The translations under genes were made by a program, and so were the position numbers. A stretch of 64,000 bases of DNA from Macrostomum hystrix (taxonomy: Eukaryota > Animalia > Platyhelminthes), in NCBI GenBank assembly GCA_950097015.1, contig CATNEN010000002.1:8060001-8124000 (forward strand), written 5' to 3'. Numbering within the stretch: the first letter of the stretch is position 1; each line of letters begins with the position of its first letter. Below the pieces are notes generated by a model. It searched no databases. It saw only the letters and a list, made by a program, of their open reading frames with translations, and was not told the DNA's origin. Of the stretch, positions 59,033 through 64,000 are shown piece after piece.

Positions 59033-61293
59033 AGACGTTTTTCCTTCCAGGGAATCCCGATCTGGTAGCGCCCATTACTATACTGCAACGATGCCTTAGC
59101 TTGATTGATGGCTTTCTCCTCGTCAGACGTCAATGGATTTCGACTGTTCTCATCCGCGACGTTCTCGATCTCCCAAAACTGTCTGAGGATGCTGGACACC
59201 TGACTGCTCTCGGTTTCGCAGCTGAAGAACGTGGTGGCGAAATGGGTGCTCTGCCTTTTTGAGCTTAACGTCTGCTCTGTCCATGCTCTGTCGATGCACG
59301 TCCACCCCAGCGGTGTGAGGCGAGCTTTCGGCTCCCATGGCTGTCCGACAACCTCTTCGAGTGACACGTGAAAATCCGGGTAATCCGCTCCGATTAGCAG
59401 GTCCACGACGGCTGGTTCACAGAGCTTAGGAAACGGCACGTCCCGGAGATGCGGCCACCACTGCCCCAGCTCGCGCCAGTTGACGCCTTTGAGAGATCCC
59501 GTCACGTGATCTGCAGTGAAGGCGGTGAGCTCAGTGGATGCACGACCGTCCATGCTTTCCACGGTGAAGCTGATCGGGGCTGTCATGAACGTCTCCGATT
59601 GACCGTTGATCACGCCTACCTTGACCTTCTCGAGAGCTCCCTGCAGTCCTAGCGCGATCCCGACGTTGATGTAGCTCCTAGTGCTGGCGTCATCCAGCAG
59701 CGCGTTCACCTTCAGCTTCTGCGCCCCGTGTCTCAGGACTACTGGCACTGTTCGAAGTGAGACGTCGCTCTTGCTGGCCGACAGCAGCGTCACGGAACCG
59801 GCTTGTTTCGAACTGTTCGACCCGGCGACCTCGCCCGGCTTGGCGTCTGACGGCTTGGCTTGGTTTCGCTTGGCTTGGCTAGGCTCGACGAGATCGATGG
59901 TGGCTTGGTGTTTGTCAGCGTGCAGCAAGCGATGATGGAATTTCGAGCAGTTGTCGATGCCGCATTGTCGGCTGCGCCTGGACTTACTACTTACATGGCC
60001 TTGGCCTAAGCACCTGAAGCAGGCCTTCGAGCGCTGCGCAGCCTCCCAGCGCTTGTTCACCGGAAGCTTCTTGAACTCGCTGCAGGACCACAACTCGTGG
60101 TCACCTTGGCACACCATGCAACTTTTCGACTGCCCTTTTTTCTCACTCACGGCGCTATGAAATGTCTTCGGTCGTTGGTCCCGCGCTCCGCGGTGGATGG
60201 ACTTCTGGCTCTCTAGGTGAGGCGTGGCGACGCCCTGCATGATTTCCAACGCTTCGGTCTGAAATTCCGCTTCTTGCAGCACCCACATCCGAAGATTCCT
60301 GACACTTTCCTGCTTCCGTTGCTCAAAGATCCACCTCCGATAGTGGGAAACCATTTGCTCGGGCAGTTTCTTCTGGAGTCTGACATACAGCATTCCATCT
60401 TGCAGCTCAGTGTCCTTTCCAGCCTCTTCTAAATTAATCACGGCTATATCCAGCAAATTTGCAAAACTTTTCAGATCTTTAGTGTTTCCGTAGCGCACCG
60501 CAGGAAAGTTATCCAACTCCTCCAAGTGCAAGGCGAGTTGCCGGTGTTTTCCACCGAACTCTCTATTAAGTCTTTCCTTGGCCGCCTCATATGCCGTCGC
60601 TGAGTGCCCTAAGTGCTCGATGACCTTCAATGCCTCACCTTGTAGGTACTGCCTGAGTTGCAGCAGTTTAAACTCGGGCGTAGCGGGGGCGCTATCAATG
60701 CACGCCACAAAAGCTGCCTTCCAGTTCTCGTAACTCTGCTTGTCCCCACTGAACGTTGGGATTTCAACACGCTTTAACATCTTCCACAGGTCCTTGGAGA
60801 TCTCCTTGGGGTGCGACGCCTTGCTGGACGCAGCGCTAACAGAAAGTCTGTCTAACTCACCAGCTGCTTCGTCTTGGTTTGCAGCAGCGTCTTCGGCACT
60901 TGCCCTCGCAGCAGGAGGCGCTTCTTGTTCGCGTTGCGCTTGACGGCCCCTGGCAGATTCGACGCGTTGAATCGCAGCCTGGTAGTCGCGCTCCATCTCC
61001 TCCATCTCGTCGAGCAGACACTGTCGCCTCTCGTCGTCCTTTGTGCTCACGTAGCCTTCGTAAAGCTGTTCCTGAATGGTGCTGACTTGCTCCTGCAGAT
61101 CCGACAGGTTGTCACAGGCTTCTTGCACTTCGTCGTCAGAAGCGCGTTTCTGTAGCAGCCATGATAGCTTGCTCTTACACCGAGTTAGCGTTGCCTTTCT
61201 TCTGGACTTCTCAAAGCGCAGCTTCTCCAAATGCAGCGCGCGATCGTCTTCTTGTTCGTCCTGCTGCGGTGGAATGGCGTTGTCGTGTTCCAT
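58990..61293 (-). CDS. gag: BEL/Pao Gag-protease region, frameshifted before RT
   Basis: 767-aa ORF: LKRVEIPTFSGD (DUF1759-like), CMVCQGDHELWSC, CFRCLGQGHVSSKS, CGIDNCSKFHHRLLH, protease-like ALLDDAST; frame breaks at MALKR. Confidence 0.88.
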   Translation of the reverse strand: MEHDNAIPPQQDEQEDDRALHLEKLRFEKSRRKATLTRCKSKLSWLLQKRASDDEVQEACDNLSDLQEQVSTIQEQLYEGYVSTKDDERRQCLLDEMEEMERDYQAAIQRVESARGRQAQREQEAPPAARASAEDAAANQDEAAGELDRLSVSAASSKASHPKEISKDLWKMLKRVEIPTFSGDKQSYENWKAAFVACIDSAPATPEFKLLQLRQYLQGEALKVIEHLGHSATAYEAAKERLNREFGGKHRQLALHLEELDNFPAVRYGNTKDLKSFANLLDIAVINLEEAGKDTELQDGMLYVRLQKKLPEQMVSHYRRWIFEQRKQESVRNLRMWVLQEAEFQTEALEIMQGVATPHLESQKSIHRGARDQRPKTFHSAVSEKKGQSKSCMVCQGDHELWSCSEFKKLPVNKRWEAAQRSKACFRCLGQGHVSSKSRRSRQCGIDNCSKFHHRLLHADKHQATIDLVEPSQAKRNQAKPSDAKPGEVAGSNSSKQAGSVTLLSASKSDVSLRTVPVVLRHGAQKLKVNALLDDASTRSYINVGIALGLQGALEKVKVGVINGQSETFMTAPISFTVESMDGRASTELTAFTADHVTGSLKGVNWRELGQWWPHLRDVPFPKLCEPAVVDLLIGADYPDFHVSLEEVVGQPWEPKARLTPLGWTCIDRAWTEQTLSSKRQSTHFATTFFSCETESSQVSSILRQFWEIENVADENSRNPLTSDEEKAINQAKASLQYSNGRYQIGIPWKEKRLCPKDTFPMALKRC

Positions 61294-61359
61294 CGTGGCC
61301 TATGGTTGCACAGTAGTTGTTGTTTATTCAGCGTGGAAACTTAGGCCTTGCCCAATCAC

Positions 61360-61371
61360 GCTCTGCTACCA
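61360..61371 (-). promoter_or_regulatory. Primer binding site, initiator tRNA-Met
   Basis: TGGTAGCAGAGC 6 nt from the 5' LTR; complementary to ...CUCUGCUACCA of metazoan tRNAi-Met. Confidence 0.8.
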
Positions 61372-61377
61372 AAATAA

Positions 61378-61690
61378 TGTACTGGAGCAATCCAAAAAAA
61401 GGCCGATAGCTAGTAGCCAATTATGCTGTGCTCAAAAACGGTAGGCAAATCGCGCTAACCAACCACTTGAACCGGAGGGGGGAGCCTCCACACGTTTATT
61501 ATATAATTCAGTGCAAATAGGCTAAAACGGAGGGGGTGGGTGGACGATGCCACTGCACAATGCAAACGAGGGTTAGAGAAACAAGGTGAGTGCGCAGAGT
61601 GGAAGCGGGCGTACAGTAATTGTAAATAAGGTAGATTTAAATAAGCATACAGCGAGTCAGCGACCAATCATACCACCTGCATCCCGAACA
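61378..61690 (-). repeat. BEL/Pao 5' LTR
   Basis: 313 bp, TG..CA, followed by the PBS on the minus strand. Confidence 0.93.
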
Positions 61691-61903
61691 TTTACTGATT
61701 CCATGCAGATCATCAATTGACAGTACTGTCCGGGATGGGACAGAAATGTCCCATGGTTTGATCTTATCGGGAAGCAGCTTCCTCATGCCATCGAGTGAAA
61801 GTACCTGTGAAAATAGATTCAAACTCAATTCATATAATCCAGCATAAAAGTGGATTCGGTTAATTTAGGTTAATAAAGGTTAATTTTAAGTGTAAGTTAA
61901 AAA

Positions 61904-62229
61904 GCGGCAGCGATAGCGGCAGCGATAGCGGCAGCGATAGCGGCAGCGATAGCGGCAGCGATAGCGGCAGCGATAGCGGCAGCGATAGCGGCAGCGATAG
62001 CGGCAGCGATAGCGGCAGCGATAGCGGCAGCGATAGCGGCAGCGATAGCGGCAGCGATAGCGGCAGCGATAGCGGCAGCGATAGCGGCAGCGATAGCGGC
62101 AGCGATAGCGGCAGCGATAGCGGCAGCGATAGCGGCAGCGATAGCGGCAGCGATAGCGGAGCGGATAGCGAAGCGGATAGCGAAGCGGATAGCGGAGCGG
62201 ATAGCGGAGCGGATAGCGAAGCGGATAGC
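61904..62229. repeat. 12-bp GC-rich microsatellite (GCGGCAGCGATA)n, ~21 perfect plus ~6 variant copies
   Basis: Read directly; variants GCG(G/A)AGCGGATA at the right end. Confidence 0.97.
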
Positions 62230-62467
62230 GGAGCACTGCATAATACAGAGATGTTTCACATTTCCCCACAGAAGCGGAACCACTCCCCGGACACTCCTGA
62301 TGCACACTCCTGAATTATGTTATTGGCGATATACAAAAATTGTTCATTTTTTAGACTGGGAAGTATGTGTAGCAGATGAGCAATGTAGCAGATGATCGAT
62401 GCAATATATTTTGTCATGCTTCATTTTGCTTTTTCCTTATAAAGCATAAGCCTTTTCTTTTTTTCAG

Positions 62468-64000
62468 AAATCAGAAAGCTCACATATGTTGTCACCTACA
62501 GATCGCAACAGCATCTTTGCGGCAGCTAGAATTCTCAATGAAACGGAGGAATACGCAAACCTTTTGAATTTGAGTGCAGAATTCCGCGAACTCTATAAGT
62601 GTATTAGCGAAGCATCCATAAAGGCAGGAACCATTGGGTTTAGCTTAGTTTTCGGTCCAAGTGGTACTGGTAAAACAACCCTGCATAGGTATGCTGCAGA
62701 TGTTTTCAAGAAGGCTAGCTTCCCCACCTTTGTCCTGCCTTCTGATATCGCCAATGAACAAGCCGTTGTGACTGCTCTTGAAAATAATGGGTACAGTGAA
62801 GTTTCTGCTATTCAAGAGTTTGGAATCCAAGTTGGCGAGTTCATTATTCAGCAACTAAGTCAAAATCGTTACGCTGAGCTTCGATGTTCTAATGATCTAT
62901 TTGTGGCATCCATGCTGGAACCGCGCAAACCGTTTAAGAGACTACCAGGATTCGTTCTGTTGCATGATGCCACAAAAGAGGACAATCCAAATCCTGAAAA
63001 AAAACGCAGGTCTCGGAACATCTCCCACACTGCTTGCGAATCCCTTTCATCAAGTGTGAATGAGAGCCCAAAAGCCAAGAAGATGAGACTTGCGTACACA
63101 TCACCACCACACCGCTACTCTGGGTCACAACCGAGTGTGAAGAAGTCACCGTTGCAGGATGATAATGACTGCAAGGAAGCTCCACCAATCTTCAAGTTTG
63201 AGGTTGGATCATCAGTGCCATCAGTTACGTTTCCACTTTGTATGTCTGATTCGCACATGGCTGAAATGTACACTGACATTGACGACAACAAATACATCAC
63301 TTTTATGACAAGCCTCATGAGGGGATTGTCTGGGACTGGCACTACTGGAAGCGGTGCCATTGTGTGCTTCAGCAGTCGTCTTTCTCCACCCATGAAAGTG
63401 GACTATGAACGTGGAGAAGTCTTTGCTGCTACTGTAACTTCTTCAGCAAGACCTATTGTATACATGCGCCTAAACCCTGCCATGTCGCCAGCAGAAACTG
63501 ATTGCATTCATCGGTGAGTTTCCTTTTAATTAGCTATTGTGTTATTGAGCGTGTCAAGCCTTGTTATTTCTGATCTTATCAGCACCGATTAATCAGTTCA
63601 GTAGGCAGGAGTTCATACTCAGTTGGTTAGAATATATGTGAGCACTATCATTATTATGTGACATTAGGGGGTTGACTGGCTGGGTCCGAAATTACCGCTA
63701 ATGGGGGTGTATGTTATGTATTGACAATGTCTCTCATTAGGGTCTATTCGAATTCGCCGGGGAGAATGAGCAAATTTCTGAGGGAAAGTGGGGGCCAATA
63801 CAAGACTCCCTGTGGGTTGAAAAATAGGGCTAAAAATACTGGTTTGGGAGAGTATGGCCGCCAAGCATTAACAGTGTTCTCTGTCAAAACAATTATGATC
63901 ACGCTTTCCTCCCACAGGTATGTGCATACCAAACTCGTCGAGACATTAGAATCAAGTGGATTCCGCATAAACTCCGGTTTCAACCACTCGATTGCACGAC
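62468..64000 (+). CDS. Uncharacterised P-loop NTPase; exon 62468-63513 and probable next exon from 63918 beyond the window end
   Basis: 343-aa ORF with Walker A LVFGPSGTGKTT and candidate Walker B FVLLHD. Acceptor TTTTCAG 62467, donor CG|GTGAGT 63514, acceptor CCCACAG 63917 continuing in phase (DCIHR|YVHTKLVETLESSG). Confidence 0.7.

Larger units (their letters stand above)
56314..61690 (-). mobile_element. Defective BEL/Pao LTR retrotransposon, 5-bp TSD TTTAC
   Basis: 313-bp TG..CA LTRs; TTTAC at 56309-56313 and 61691-61695; Pao-type gag/pol motifs. Confidence 0.95.
55237..61804 (-). pseudogene. P-loop NTPase-like gene disrupted by BEL/Pao, MITE and small indels
   Basis: The reading frame rejoins across the BEL TSD (..DLHGISK|EDLQEMVK..) and across the MITE TSD (..STDLLD|SSKHHLP..). 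Walker A-like LFLASKGCGKST; frameshifted Walker B-like HLL(x)LFDG; acceptor TTTTCACAG at 61805. Confidence 0.6.

Noticed and set aside
61886-62307. YRCR- and IAAA-repeat ORFs
   Set aside because: Translations of the 12-bp microsatellite in alternative frames.

Overview
Eukaryotic (most likely invertebrate animal) repeat-dense DNA; all coordinates and counts were read by hand. Bases 1-52007 form one head-to-tail chain of Helitron rolling-circle transposons, all on the + strand. In order: the 3' part of a minisatellite-bearing non-autonomous element, seven ~310-345 bp mini-Helitrons, a 5'-only truncated copy of the autonomous element, a putative giant autonomous Helitron (6404-48500), and a second non-autonomous element (48501-52007). 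The autonomous element encodes an intact 9-exon, 1716-aa STPR-OTU-ZnF-Rep(HUH)-Pif1 transposase. It also appears to contain ~93 copies of a 248-bp satellite, into which an intact, very young Ty3/Gypsy retrotransposon (19594-26135, - strand) has inserted. The U5 of that Gypsy LTR carries a collinear, block-wise antisense copy of most of its tRNA-Leu primer, and gag-pol is joined by a GGGAAAC -1 frameshift site with a predicted pseudoknot. Distal to 52 kb lie a MITE with an 8-bp TSD and a defective BEL/Pao retrotransposon (56314-61690, - strand), both inserted into a reconstructable P-loop NTPase pseudogene. A GC-rich 12-bp microsatellite follows, then a divergently oriented, apparently intact P-loop NTPase gene running off the window end.
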